In this document: positions 19,220 to 29,008 of the stretch, piece after piece
How positions within the stretch are numbered: the stretch's first letter is position 1
Layout of the letters: each line of letters opens with the position of its first letter
NCBI GenBank assembly: GCA_038150265.1
Contig: JAYOTF010000003.1
Coordinates: forward strand, 64,001 to 128,000
DNA length: 64,000 nucleotides
Source of the DNA: Deltaproteobacteria bacterium
GTDB lineage: Bacteria > SAR324 > NAC60-12
Reading direction: 5' to 3'
Made by a program: the position numbers and the translations under genes
Notes under the pieces: generated by a model
Databases searched by the model: none
Told to the model about the DNA's origin: nothing
What the model saw: the letters and a program-made list of their open reading frames with translations, nothing else

Positions 19220-20023
19220 CTAAAAGACAAACCCCACACCAACGGTCGTCAGGGTGTGCTTGCCTGTGGATTCAAACTGATCGCTATCCAGGATTTTCCC
19301 AAGGCCTTGAGTACGATCAACGGTGGCCTCTGATTTGGTTTCGACACTGCGGTATCCCAGCAAGAGTTCAAACCCACCCAAGCGGTACCCAAGGTCAAGA
19401 AAGTAGGACAAGGCAGACTTTCCTTCAGACTCGACCTTCTCGGTTAACAGTCCTCCATTCAGGCTAGCTCCCGCAACGGTATACGTGATGTTCGTCTCGG
19501 AGCTACTTCCCAGCAGAGGCAGCCCCAAACCGGCTGAAAGCGAGAAGGTGTCTCCTCCAAAAAGATACCCCACGTCCAGGAAGTTGACGTACCCCTTGGA
19601 TTCACGGTTTCCAAGGACCGTCCCATTGCTGGATATCCCTCCAAGCGTCCCTAATACAGTAGCTTTCGTTCCTGCTGTAACGGCATCAAGTGCATCTAAA
19701 GCGCTAGTTGATGCCCAAGACCCCGTTTGAGTCGCAATGGTTGTAAAACTATTTGTGTGCTGGTGGACACCAAGAATCCAACCGCCTTCCGTAATGTACT
19801 GAAGCGTGTTGCCTCCTACCGTCTGAGTATCTTTTTTGTCTTCAGCGGATGCAGTCGCCAAAAGGGTTCCAGACTGGTTATACTTCAGCGTCTGTTCCCC
19901 CAGGGAAGGATCTTCGCTTGACACGCCCACAGCGGTGCTGAGGCGGATTCGGCTCTCAGCATGAGCCGGGGCACTGAGTAGCACGCCCAGGAGGGCAGCA
20001 GATAAGAGGCGGGACACTTTCAT
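19220..20023 (-). CDS. Hypothetical outer-membrane beta-barrel protein
   Basis: Signal peptide (SAPAHA), alternating beta-strand patterns (YFLDLGYRL, ELLLGYR), C-terminal VGVGFVF ending in Phe. GC is lower than in the flanks. Confidence 0.7.
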   Translation of the reverse strand: MKVSRLLSAALLGVLLSAPAHAESRIRLSTAVGVSSEDPSLGEQTLKYNQSGTLLATASAEDKKDTQTVGGNTLQYITEGGWILGVHQHTNSFTTIATQTGSWASTSALDALDAVTAGTKATVLGTLGGISSNGTVLGNRESKGYVNFLDVGYLFGGDTFSLSAGLGLPLLGSSSETNITYTVAGASLNGGLLTEKVESEGKSALSYFLDLGYRLGGFELLLGYRSVETKSEATVDRTQGLGKILDSDQFESTGKHTLTTVGVGFVF

Positions 20024-20263
20024 AAACCAGCTCCATTAAGATAAAAGAATACCAAAGTTGCAAAAATTCACCAAAAACACCACTTGAATGCTTTGGCAAT
20101 GAATCGGAATCATGCACTCCTTATTCCACCTACTCAAAAATAGACTCTTTTAAGGAGAAAGTCGAAGAACACGCTCAAATTCTCTTGCATTTTGATGGGT
20201 ATCAGGAACAATCGAATCCACTTTTAGCGTCTCGCTTCTTTTTTAAACTCGGAGGAAAACATT

Positions 20264-22225
20264 GTGAAGCCCGTCGGAACGTCCGGATTGGACACGTTCC
20301 CGAAGCTCCTGTTGGAGCACGCCCAAAAGCGTGGCTCGCGTCCAGCGTACCGTGAAAAGGACCTGGGCATTTGGCAAACGTGGACCTGGTCTCAGACTCA
20401 AAAGGAGATCGCACAGCTGTCAGCGGGCCTGGTTTCCCTTGGATTGCGGCGTGGAGACGCCGTCGCAATTGTAGGAGACAACCGTCCCCACCTGTACTGG
20501 GCCATCGTCGCCGCACAAGCGGTCGGTGGTCTTCCCGTTCCGCTCTACCAGGATTCGGTTGCTGAGGAGATGATTCACGTCCTCAACAACGCCGACGTCC
20601 GCTTTGCGATCGTCGAGGATCAGGAGCAGGCGGACAAGATGCTTGAGGTCAAGGACCGCTGCCCGCAGCTGGAGTTTGTGGTCTACGAAAACACCCGGGG
20701 CATGCGGCACTACGACCAGCCCTTCCTCTTTCAGTTCCAGGACGTCCAGCGCCAGGGTGCCTCCTACCTGCAGGCCCATCCCGATTTTTTTGAGACCGAA
20801 GCGGCCAAGGGCTCTGGAGCCGACACCGCCATCTTGCTCTACACCTCCGGAACCACGGGCCTTCCCAAAGGCGTGGCCCTCAGCTTTGACAACCTCATCT
20901 TCAGCGGAGAGCTGGGCCGAACGTTCGACTTCCTGACCGATGAGGAAGAGACCCTGGCCTACCTGCCCATGGCATGGGTGGGCGACAACGTCTTCTCGAT
21001 TGCGCAAGCCTACGTCTGTGGCTTCTGCGTCAATTGCCCAGAGAGTCCGGAAACCGTCCTCACCGACCTCCGTGAAATTGGCCCCACCTACTACTTTGCG
21101 CCTCCCTCCGTGTATGAGCGGATGCTCACGCAGGTGATGATCCGGATCGAAGACGCCGGCAGCACCAAGCGCTGGCTCTTCAACACCTTCATGAAGGTTG
21201 CCCGTCGCTGTGGCACCGACATTTTGGATGGGAATCCGGTTTCGCCACTGGACCGACTCCTCTATGCCCTCGGAGAATTGACGATCTACGGCCCGTTGAA
21301 AAACGTCCTGGGCCTCAGCCGCATTCGGGTCGCCTACACCGCCGGGGAAGCAATTGGTCCGGAGCTCTTTGCCTTCTTCCGGGCGCTCGGGATCAACATC
21401 AAGCAGCTTTACGGGCAAACCGAGGCCTCCGTCTTCATCTGTGCCCAGCCCAACGGGCAGGTCCGCTCCGACACCGTCGGCCCCCCGCTTCCCGGAATTG
21501 AGGTCCGCATTGACGACTCCGGAGAGGTCTTCTACCGGAGCCCCGGAGTCTTTTTGCACTACCACAAGAATCCGGAATCCACGGCCAAGACCAAGAGTCC
21601 GGACAACTGGGTCGCCACAGGAGACGCCGGCTTCTTCGACCACGAGGGGCACCTGAAGATCATCGACCGGGTCAAGGACGTGGGGCGCATGAACGATGGG
21701 AGCCTGTTTGCTCCGAAGTACGTGGAAAACAAGCTCAAGTTCTTTGCCTTCATCAAGCATGCAGTCGTCTTTGGAGACGGACGAGACTACGCCACCGCCT
21801 TCATCAACATTGACCTCAATGCGGTGGGCAACTGGGCCGAGCGCAACGGTTTGGCCTATTCCGGATACACCGACCTCTCGGCTCGTCAGGAAGTGTACAA
21901 GCTCATTCAGGAATGCGTGGAGTCGGTCAACGCTGACCTGGCCCGAGATGAGAAACTCCGGAGTTCCCAGATTGCACGGTTCCTCTTGCTCCACAAGGAA
22001 TTGGATGCAGATGACGGAGAGTTGACCCGAACCAGCAAGGTTCGTCGCAACGTGGTGGATGAACGCTACGGCACCCTGATCAACGCCCTCTACGACCCAG
22101 CCCAGAAGCGCTGCCAGATTGAGTCCCTGATCACGTTTGAAGACGGACGCAAGGGAACCCTCAAGGCCGACCTCTCCATCTGTGACTGCAAGCGCGTCAC
22201 CGAGCCCCTCAAGGATGCGGCATGA
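20264..22225 (+). CDS. Long-chain acyl-CoA synthetase (AMP-binding)
   Basis: YTSGTTGLPKG, YGQTE, TGDAG, IIDRVKD, ELTRTSKVRR. Confidence 0.92.
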   Translation: MKPVGTSGLDTFPKLLLEHAQKRGSRPAYREKDLGIWQTWTWSQTQKEIAQLSAGLVSLGLRRGDAVAIVGDNRPHLYWAIVAAQAVGGLPVPLYQDSVAEEMIHVLNNADVRFAIVEDQEQADKMLEVKDRCPQLEFVVYENTRGMRHYDQPFLFQFQDVQRQGASYLQAHPDFFETEAAKGSGADTAILLYTSGTTGLPKGVALSFDNLIFSGELGRTFDFLTDEEETLAYLPMAWVGDNVFSIAQAYVCGFCVNCPESPETVLTDLREIGPTYYFAPPSVYERMLTQVMIRIEDAGSTKRWLFNTFMKVARRCGTDILDGNPVSPLDRLLYALGELTIYGPLKNVLGLSRIRVAYTAGEAIGPELFAFFRALGINIKQLYGQTEASVFICAQPNGQVRSDTVGPPLPGIEVRIDDSGEVFYRSPGVFLHYHKNPESTAKTKSPDNWVATGDAGFFDHEGHLKIIDRVKDVGRMNDGSLFAPKYVENKLKFFAFIKHAVVFGDGRDYATAFINIDLNAVGNWAERNGLAYSGYTDLSARQEVYKLIQECVESVNADLARDEKLRSSQIARFLLLHKELDADDGELTRTSKVRRNVVDERYGTLINALYDPAQKRCQIESLITFEDGRKGTLKADLSICDCKRVTEPLKDAA

Positions 22226-23016
22226 GTAACCATCGGCGTGCCATTGGAGACACGTTGCTGAGCGTGGAACACATCAGCCTCTCCTTCGGAGGAGTGAAGG
22301 CGCTCACCGACATCAGCCTCTCTGTTCGCAAGCACGAAATCTTTTCCATCATTGGCCCGAACGGCGCCGGGAAGACGTCCATGCTCAACGTCATCAACGG
22401 CTTCTACCACCCGCAGGAAGGGGCCATCGTCTTCCGGGGCACGCACCGCAAGCGCATGCGTCCCCATGAAGCAGCCAAGCAAGGCATCGCCCGGACCTTC
22501 CAGAATGTCGCCCTCTTCAAGGGCATGAGCACCCTCGACAACATCATGTCCGGACGCCTGCTCAAGATGCACCGCAACATCTTCTGGCAGGCCCTTCACC
22601 TGGGACCCGCCCGAGAAGAGGAGCTGGCCCACCGTCGCAAGGTCGAGGAGATCATCGACTTCCTGGAAATCCAGGCCATCCGCAAGATTCCAGTCGGACG
22701 CCTTCCGTATGGGCTGCAGAAACGAGTGGAGTTGGGACGAGCCCTGGCGATGGAGCCCGACCTGCTGCTGCTGGACGAGCCGATGGCCGGCATGAACCTT
22801 GAGGAAAAGCAGGACATGTGTCGCTTCATCCTCGACATCAGCGAAGAGTACGGAACCACGATGGTGCTCATTGAGCATGACATGGGCGTCGTCATGGACA
22901 TCTCCGACCGAGTCGCCGTCCTCGATTACGGACGCAAGATCGCTGATGGCCCTCCGGACGAAGTCCGCTCCAACCAGGAGGTGATTGATGCTTACCTGGG
23001 GGTGAGTCATGACTGA
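22222..23016 (+). CDS. Branched-chain-amino-acid-type ABC transporter ATP-binding protein (LivG-like)
   Basis: GPNGAGKT, ARTFQN, LPYGLQKRVELGRAL, LLDEPMAG, IEHDM. Confidence 0.93.
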   Translation: MSNHRRAIGDTLLSVEHISLSFGGVKALTDISLSVRKHEIFSIIGPNGAGKTSMLNVINGFYHPQEGAIVFRGTHRKRMRPHEAAKQGIARTFQNVALFKGMSTLDNIMSGRLLKMHRNIFWQALHLGPAREEELAHRRKVEEIIDFLEIQAIRKIPVGRLPYGLQKRVELGRALAMEPDLLLLDEPMAGMNLEEKQDMCRFILDISEEYGTTMVLIEHDMGVVMDISDRVAVLDYGRKIADGPPDEVRSNQEVIDAYLGVSHD

Positions 23017-23034
23017 GCCCAGGAACGGAGAATT

Positions 23035-23964
23035 ATGGAACTGATGTTTTTTTTCGAAACCCTGATCAGTGGCCTCATGGCTGGAGTCATGTACTCCCTG
23101 GTCGCTCTCGGTTTCGTGTTGATCTTCAAGGCTTCCGGAGTCTTCAACTTCTCTCAGGGAGTGCTGTGCCTGTTTGCAGCCCTCGCCCTGTTTGACTTCA
23201 TTTCAGAAGACGGCTGGGTGTACGCCCTCTTTGGCTTTGCCCTCCCCGTCTGGCTCGGCATCCTCCTGACCGTTGTGGTGATGATTGGGGTCGCTTGGCT
23301 CATTGAACGCCTCGTGCTGCGGCACCTGGTCAACCAGGACCCGATCATCCTCTTCATGGCCACGATCGGGCTGGCCTACGTTCTGGAAGGCGCAGGAGAC
23401 ATCCTCTTCGGCTCCGACGTGAAGCCCCTGGACATTGGACTGCCTCAAGGCGCCTCGGACTACCTACTCGACACCTACGGACTCTACATTGAAAAACTGG
23501 AGGTCGTGGCGGCAATCACCGCTGCCGTGCTCGTGGCGGTTCTTGCGGTCTTCTTCCAGAAGACCCGAATTGGTCGAGCCCTGCGTGCCGTCGCTGACGA
23601 CCACCAGGCCGCACTTTCCGTGGGCATCTCCCTCAATGCCATCTGGGTCATCGTCTGGTCGGTGGCCGGCATCGTCGCCCTCGTGGCCGGAATCATGTGG
23701 GGGTCGAAGTCCGGGGTTCAGTTTTCCCTTTCGCTGATTGCCCTCAAGGCCCTTCCGGTCCTGATCCTCGGAGGCTTCACTTCGGTTCCAGGGGCCATCA
23801 TTGGAGGACTGATCATTGGCGTGGGAGAGAAACTGGCAGAGATCTATGCCGGACCGCTGGTCGGCGGAGCCCTGGAGAACTGGTTTGCCTACATGTTGGC
23901 ATTGGTCTTCCTCCTGTTCCGTCCGCAAGGGCTGTTTGGAGAGCGCATCATTGAACGGGTCTGA
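23035..23964 (+). CDS. ABC transporter permease (LivH-like)
   Basis: YSLVALGFVLIFKASGVFNFSQG, GRALRAVADD, RPQGLFG. Confidence 0.92.
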   Translation: MELMFFFETLISGLMAGVMYSLVALGFVLIFKASGVFNFSQGVLCLFAALALFDFISEDGWVYALFGFALPVWLGILLTVVVMIGVAWLIERLVLRHLVNQDPIILFMATIGLAYVLEGAGDILFGSDVKPLDIGLPQGASDYLLDTYGLYIEKLEVVAAITAAVLVAVLAVFFQKTRIGRALRAVADDHQAALSVGISLNAIWVIVWSVAGIVALVAGIMWGSKSGVQFSLSLIALKALPVLILGGFTSVPGAIIGGLIIGVGEKLAEIYAGPLVGGALENWFAYMLALVFLLFRPQGLFGERIIERV

Positions 23965-23967
23965 AGC

Positions 23968-25044
23968 ATGATTTATCGAGAGTCTGGACAGTTCAAATCC
24001 AGTTACAGCGGCGACCAGGCGATCTTCCCGATCCTTCAGGACCGGATCTTTCTGGTGCTGGTCGCCCTGATTGCCGTGGTCGGGATTCCCACCATTGTTG
24101 ACGACTACTGGGCCAACGCGGTTTTCATTCCCTTGCTCGTCTTCACCCTCGCCGCCATTGGCCTCAACATCCTCACCGGATACTGCGGACAGCTGAGCCT
24201 CGGCACCGGCGCCTTCATGGCGGTTGGGGCGTACGCGACCTACAAGCTGATGACGGCTTTTCCGGAGATGAACTTCATCCTCATCGTCATCCTCTCCGGT
24301 TTTGTCACAGCAGGAGTGGGGGTCCTCTTTGGGCTGCCCTCTCTGCGCATCAAGGGGTTCTACCTCGCGGTGGCCACGCTGGCCGCCCAGTTCTTTCTGG
24401 TGTGGCTCTTCAACAAGGTCGGGTGGTTCTTCAACTACAACGCAACCGGACAGATCAACGCGACCCGCATGCACGTGTTCGGGATCCAGATCACGGGTCC
24501 GGAAGCCACACCGGCTGCTCGGTACCTCTTCTGCCTCTTCTTTGCCATCGTCTTTGCCCTGGTGGCCAAGAACCTGGTCCGCGGGCGCATCGGACGCTCC
24601 TGGATGGCCATCCGGGACATGGACATTGCGGCAGAACTGATCGGCATCCGCCCCCTGCAGACCAAACTCTCGGCCTTTGCCGTCAGCTCCTTCTACGTGG
24701 GCATGGCAGGCTCGCTCTACTTTTCCGTCTGGTTGGGTGCGGCCGAGGTGACCGAAGCCTTCAGCATCAATCAGTCCTTCTTCGTCCTCTTCATGGTCAT
24801 CATCGGTGGGCTGGGAACCGTCCTTGGCTCCTTCCTCGGGGCCGCGTTCATGGTCCTGATGCCAATCTTGCTGAAAAACTTCCTGGTCGATGGCATCGGC
24901 GTGGAGGTGGTTACAGCCAAGCACGTCGAGATCATGGTGATGGGCATCTTGATTGTCACCTTCCTGATCGTCGAGCCTCACGGACTTGCCCGGCTCTGGC
25001 AGATCATGAAAGAAAAGCTCCGCCTCTGGCCCTTTCCCTACTGA
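23968..25044 (+). CDS. ABC transporter permease (LivM-like)
   Basis: GLNILTGYCGQLSLG, GFYLAVATLA, GRSWMAIRD, EPHGL. Confidence 0.92.
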   Translation: MIYRESGQFKSSYSGDQAIFPILQDRIFLVLVALIAVVGIPTIVDDYWANAVFIPLLVFTLAAIGLNILTGYCGQLSLGTGAFMAVGAYATYKLMTAFPEMNFILIVILSGFVTAGVGVLFGLPSLRIKGFYLAVATLAAQFFLVWLFNKVGWFFNYNATGQINATRMHVFGIQITGPEATPAARYLFCLFFAIVFALVAKNLVRGRIGRSWMAIRDMDIAAELIGIRPLQTKLSAFAVSSFYVGMAGSLYFSVWLGAAEVTEAFSINQSFFVLFMVIIGGLGTVLGSFLGAAFMVLMPILLKNFLVDGIGVEVVTAKHVEIMVMGILIVTFLIVEPHGLARLWQIMKEKLRLWPFPY

Positions 25045-25087
25045 TCGGGCCCCAAGCCGAGCGCAACCTTCCTCAGGAGAGAAAACC

Positions 25088-26410
25088 ATGAACCTCAAGC
25101 AGCGATTCCTGCGAGCCGCCCTCGCCACGGTTGCTCTGCCGCTGACCCTCGTGAGCGCCCACGCCTATGAGCTGGTCGTTCCCAGTCTGGACTACCGGAC
25201 CGGGCCTTACGCGCCCAACGGCATCCCGGTCGCCAACGGCTTTGCCGACTACTTCACGCTCCTCAACGAGCGCGACGGTGGCATCAACGGTGTTCCAGTC
25301 AAGCTGGTTCCCTGTGAAACCGCCTACAACACCCAGCAGGGGGTGGAGTGCTATGAAAACACCAAGAACACCGAGCCCTCCGGCGCCCTGGTGTACAACC
25401 CCCTCTCCACCGGCATCACCTACCAGCTGATTCCGAAAGCGAGTGTCGACCAGATCCCGGTCCTTTCCCTGGGCTATGGCCGCACCTCGGCTGCCAACGG
25501 GAAGGTCTTCCCCTGGATCTTCAACTTTCCCGGAACCTACTGGGATGGCGCTTCCATCTTCATGAAGTACATTGGCGAGAAGGAAGGGGGCATGAGCAAC
25601 CTCAAGGGCAAGAAGATCGCCCTTGTCTACCACAACTCCGCCTACGGAAAAGAGCCGATCCGGACCCTTGAGGCGCTGGCCAGCAAGCATGGCTTTGAGC
25701 TGCAATTGCTGCCCGTTGACCACCCAGGTCAGGAGCAAAAAGCCACCTGGCTGCAGGTCCGTCGTGGTCGTCCGGACTGGGTCCTGATGTGGGGCTGGGG
25801 CGTGATGAACCAGGTCGCCATCAAGGAAGCCGCTTCTGTGCGTTTCCCGATGGATCGCTTCATCGGCATCTGGTGGTCGGGTTCAGAGAACGACGTGCTG
25901 CCCGCTGGAGCTGATGCGGACGGCTACCTCTCCGGAGCCTTCACGGCACCACGCCGCGACTTCCCGCTCTTTGATGAGATCCGAAAACTCGTTTACGATG
26001 CCGGCAAAGGCGCAGGTGAGCGAGACCGCATTGGTGAGGTCCTCTACGGACGAGGCGTCCTGCAGGCCGTCTATGTTGCAGAGGCGATCCAAAAGGCCAT
26101 GGAGATTCATGGCACCAAGGAGATCCGGGGCGTCCACATGCGAGACGGTCTGGAGCAACTGACCATCACGGCAGCCCGCTGGAACGAGCTGGGCCTCCCG
26201 GGCTTTGCCTCTCCGGTGAACATCTCCTGCTCCAACCACGCAGGTCCGCGGGAAGCCGCGATTCAGCAGTGGGATGCCAAAGCGCAGCAGTGGAACCTTG
26301 TCACCGACTTCATGACACCCGACCTGGCCATCGTGGATCCGTTGATTGAACAAGACTCCATGGCGTATGCGAAAGAGAACGGCATCACGCCCAAGAGCAA
26401 CTGCATGTAA
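25088..26410 (+). CDS. ABC transporter substrate-binding protein (type I periplasmic binding fold)
   Basis: Signal peptide, YRTGPYAPNG, NERDGGINGV, CETAY, YHNSAYGKEP. Position within the ABC operon fits. Confidence 0.9.
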   Translation: MNLKQRFLRAALATVALPLTLVSAHAYELVVPSLDYRTGPYAPNGIPVANGFADYFTLLNERDGGINGVPVKLVPCETAYNTQQGVECYENTKNTEPSGALVYNPLSTGITYQLIPKASVDQIPVLSLGYGRTSAANGKVFPWIFNFPGTYWDGASIFMKYIGEKEGGMSNLKGKKIALVYHNSAYGKEPIRTLEALASKHGFELQLLPVDHPGQEQKATWLQVRRGRPDWVLMWGWGVMNQVAIKEAASVRFPMDRFIGIWWSGSENDVLPAGADADGYLSGAFTAPRRDFPLFDEIRKLVYDAGKGAGERDRIGEVLYGRGVLQAVYVAEAIQKAMEIHGTKEIRGVHMRDGLEQLTITAARWNELGLPGFASPVNISCSNHAGPREAAIQQWDAKAQQWNLVTDFMTPDLAIVDPLIEQDSMAYAKENGITPKSNCM

Positions 26411-26417
26411 CTGAGTC

Positions 26418-26437
26418 AGGGAGCCTTCGGGCTCCCT
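26418..26437 (+). promoter_or_regulatory. Intra-operon hairpin after the binding-protein gene (mRNA stabiliser or partial terminator)
   Basis: AGGGAGCC-TTCG-GGCTCCCT perfect stem with a UUCG tetraloop and no U-tract. Confidence 0.6.
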
Positions 26438-26460
26438 CTCCACTCCGGAACAAAGAACCC

Positions 26461-27285
26461 ATGAGTGCCGCTCCATCTGCAAGGCCGACCCTGCTGGCGG
26501 TCAACAACGTTGAGGTCATCTACAACCACGTCATCCTCGTCCTGAAGGGAGTCTCCCTGACGGTCAACCAGGGGAGCATTGTGGCACTGTTGGGCGCCAA
26601 CGGAGCAGGCAAGACCACCACCCTCAAGGCGGTCTCGAACCTCCTCCGTGCGGAGCGGGGGGAAGTCACCAAGGGCTCCATTGAGTTTGAGGGAAGCCGT
26701 GTCGACGCCCTCACTCCCAATGACCTGGTCCGACGGGGCTGCATTCAGGTCATGGAAGGACGGCACGTCTTCGGACACCTGACCACCGAAGAGAACCTGC
26801 TCACCGGCGCCTACACCCGTCGCGACGGACGAGGTGCCATTGCGCAGGACCTGGAGATGGTCTATGACTACTTTCCCCGCCTGCGGGTGCGTCGCTCGTC
26901 TCAGGCGGGTTACACGTCCGGAGGGGAGCAGCAGATGATCGCCATCGGACGCGCCCTGATGTCTCGCCCCAAGATGATCCTCCTGGATGAGCCCTCAATG
27001 GGTCTGGCGCCTCAGTTGGTGGAAGAGATTTTTGAGATCGTCAAGAGCCTCAACCAAAAGGAAGGAGTCAGCTTCCTGCTGGCCGAGCAGAACACCAACA
27101 TCGCCCTGCGGTATTCCACCTATGGCTACATTCTTGAAAATGGTCGGGTGGTGATGGATGGAGAGGCTTCCCACCTTCGGGAAAATGATGACGTCCAGGA
27201 GTTTTACCTGGGAGTGAGCGGCGACGGTCGCAAGAGCTTCCGGGATGTAAAGCACTACCGCCGCCGCAAACGCTGGCTCGGTTAA
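26461..27285 (+). CDS. ABC transporter ATP-binding protein (LivF-like)
   Basis: GANGAGKTT, SGGEQQM, LLDEPSMGLAP, AEQN. Confidence 0.93.
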   Translation: MSAAPSARPTLLAVNNVEVIYNHVILVLKGVSLTVNQGSIVALLGANGAGKTTTLKAVSNLLRAERGEVTKGSIEFEGSRVDALTPNDLVRRGCIQVMEGRHVFGHLTTEENLLTGAYTRRDGRGAIAQDLEMVYDYFPRLRVRRSSQAGYTSGGEQQMIAIGRALMSRPKMILLDEPSMGLAPQLVEEIFEIVKSLNQKEGVSFLLAEQNTNIALRYSTYGYILENGRVVMDGEASHLRENDDVQEFYLGVSGDGRKSFRDVKHYRRRKRWLG

Positions 27286-28052
27286 GCCGCTTGCTGAACC
27301 GCTAGCTCGGCTTCCAGGGCATTCCAGAACTGCAACCGTGCTTCCAGCGCCCGCTGGGCCGCCCGCTGGGCTTCCTGCCACTTCCACTCATCCTGCCCGC
27401 ACACCCGCTTCAGCAGGGCCTGCGCCATTGGTCCATGACGCTCTTCGTCGTGATGAATGTGCTCATCCAGATAATGCCGGAAGAGTCCCCAGCGCTCTGG
27501 ATCCGACTCGGCCAGCTGGGTCACCAGCTTCTGAAACATCCCCGGAATGATGTCCTCACGCCCATACGCAAAGGCGGCCACTGTTTCATGCAGCTTGCCT
27601 CCCGCAATGATCTCAAAGGTCGTCTGCATGAACGCGGCGGCGCCCACCGGAAGCTCAGTGCGGCTCAGCAGTTCCAGCACCGGCGTTCCGGAAGCCACCT
27701 GCTCGAGGAAGGCGTCAATCGGCACACAATCGGCCCCGGCTTTGCGCATCGCGTCTCGGTAGAGCTCAAAGTGAGAGGCGTACCCACCTTCCGGATGCGG
27801 CGCGCTTTCTTCATCCAGAACAATCTCGTTGATCAGACGCCGCGCCTCGGTGTCGGCCGTAGGAAGCCACGGAACAGAGACACCGGTGAGTTGGATCTGC
27901 AATGACTTCAGAAGCGACTGGAAGTCCCAAACAGAAAACACGTGGGAACGGGTGAAGTGCTGAAGCTGCGCCTCATTCGTCACAGCTTGGTACACGGGAT
28001 GATCAAACAGCTGCGCCTTTACGGCATTCAGGTCGAGTTCCATAGCAGTCAA
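27282..28052 (-). CDS. DUF3050-family heme-oxygenase-like (putative diiron) protein
   Basis: HVFSVWDFQSLLKSLQ..PWLP..RRLINEIVLDEES..SHFELY..AM..GA, GREDIIP.MF, YLDEHIHHDEERHGP. Confidence 0.8.
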   Translation of the reverse strand: MTAMELDLNAVKAQLFDHPVYQAVTNEAQLQHFTRSHVFSVWDFQSLLKSLQIQLTGVSVPWLPTADTEARRLINEIVLDEESAPHPEGGYASHFELYRDAMRKAGADCVPIDAFLEQVASGTPVLELLSRTELPVGAAAFMQTTFEIIAGGKLHETVAAFAYGREDIIPGMFQKLVTQLAESDPERWGLFRHYLDEHIHHDEERHGPMAQALLKRVCGQDEWKWQEAQRAAQRALEARLQFWNALEAELAVQQAA

Positions 28053-28813
28053 TTCAGGTCAAGAGAGGCAAGAAACGCATCCAGCTCGTGCAGCACCTCG
28101 TCTGCAACGGCTTCCAGCAGTAAAACATGCCCCGCCTCGGGAAACCAGCGAATCTGCTTCAGGCCAGAGGAAACCCGCTGGAGCAGCCTGGCGGCAAATT
28201 CCGGAGCCACCGTTTCATCCTTTCCCCCCTGAAAGACCAGAAGCGGCTGGTGCAGCCTGATGAGCTGCCCCCAGACTTCCCCCTGCAACCGAACCAACTC
28301 GCAGCCCGCCCGCAGCGGATTGACCGCATACCCCTGCCACCCAGACTCTTCCTTGCGGGACGCCCGCTTGGGAACCGACTCCACAAAGGGAGCCGCCGCA
28401 AACATCAGCATCTGCTCCCACCAGGGACGCGCCAACCGCAGCGCCGGCGCCAGCACCACCACCGCGTCCACCTCCGGATGCCGGGTTGCAAGATCCAGCG
28501 ACAGCATTCCTCCTGCAGACTCACCCACCAGAATCACCCGGTCGCACTGCGCCCGCAGCGCCTGGTACTCCTGAAGCACCAGGGCCCGCCAATCGTGCCG
28601 GGTCGTCCGATTCAGGTCAGTAGGCGTGGTTCCATGTCCCGGAAGCAACGGGGCTCGAACACTCCAGCCCTGCTGATGAAGGTGATGGGCCAGGCCCCGG
28701 ACTTCCACCGTTGTGGCCGTCAAGCCGTGCAGCAGCAACGCCCCCTTGCGTCCCCCTTCGAGAACCACTGGACCGCCGTCCAGTTCCGGATGAATAAGCA
28801 TAGTTGGTTTCAA
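28049..28813 (-). CDS. Carboxylesterase / monoacylglycerol lipase-like alpha/beta hydrolase
   Basis: LLLHGLT, LPGHGT, GESAGG nucleophile elbow, GGKDETV, GH catalytic His. The start may be the ATG at 28801. Confidence 0.85.
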   Translation of the reverse strand: MKPTMLIHPELDGGPVVLEGGRKGALLLHGLTATTVEVRGLAHHLHQQGWSVRAPLLPGHGTTPTDLNRTTRHDWRALVLQEYQALRAQCDRVILVGESAGGMLSLDLATRHPEVDAVVVLAPALRLARPWWEQMLMFAAAPFVESVPKRASRKEESGWQGYAVNPLRAGCELVRLQGEVWGQLIRLHQPLLVFQGGKDETVAPEFAARLLQRVSSGLKQIRWFPEAGHVLLLEAVADEVLHELDAFLASLDLN

Positions 28814-28825
28814 AAAATCGATGAT

Positions 28826-29008
28826 CTAGCGAGAACTCCACCAGGTTACCAGCGCGACCAACCCGAGTAGGCAGAGCCCAATTCCCAGGGAAACCACGCT
28901 GATGGCAAACTCAGCGCTGTCCGGATCGGTCACAAAGACGAGCACACAGGAGGTCCCGGCCACAAACCAGCCCGCCCGGAAGAACGCCTTCAGCAGCTCA
29001 GGCGCCAT
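28826..29008 (-). CDS. Small two-TM membrane protein (60 aa)
   Basis: GGAGGAGG RBS before ATG 29008: MAPELLKAFFRAGWFVAGTSCVLVFV...FAISVVSLGIGLCLLGLVALVTWWSSR. Confidence 0.6.
   Translation of the reverse strand: MAPELLKAFFRAGWFVAGTSCVLVFVTDPDSAEFAISVVSLGIGLCLLGLVALVTWWSSR

Noticed and set aside
20264..27285. Acyl-CoA ligase plus Liv-type ABC cluster as a novel system
   Set aside because: This arrangement is widespread in proteobacteria, and nothing here distinguishes it.
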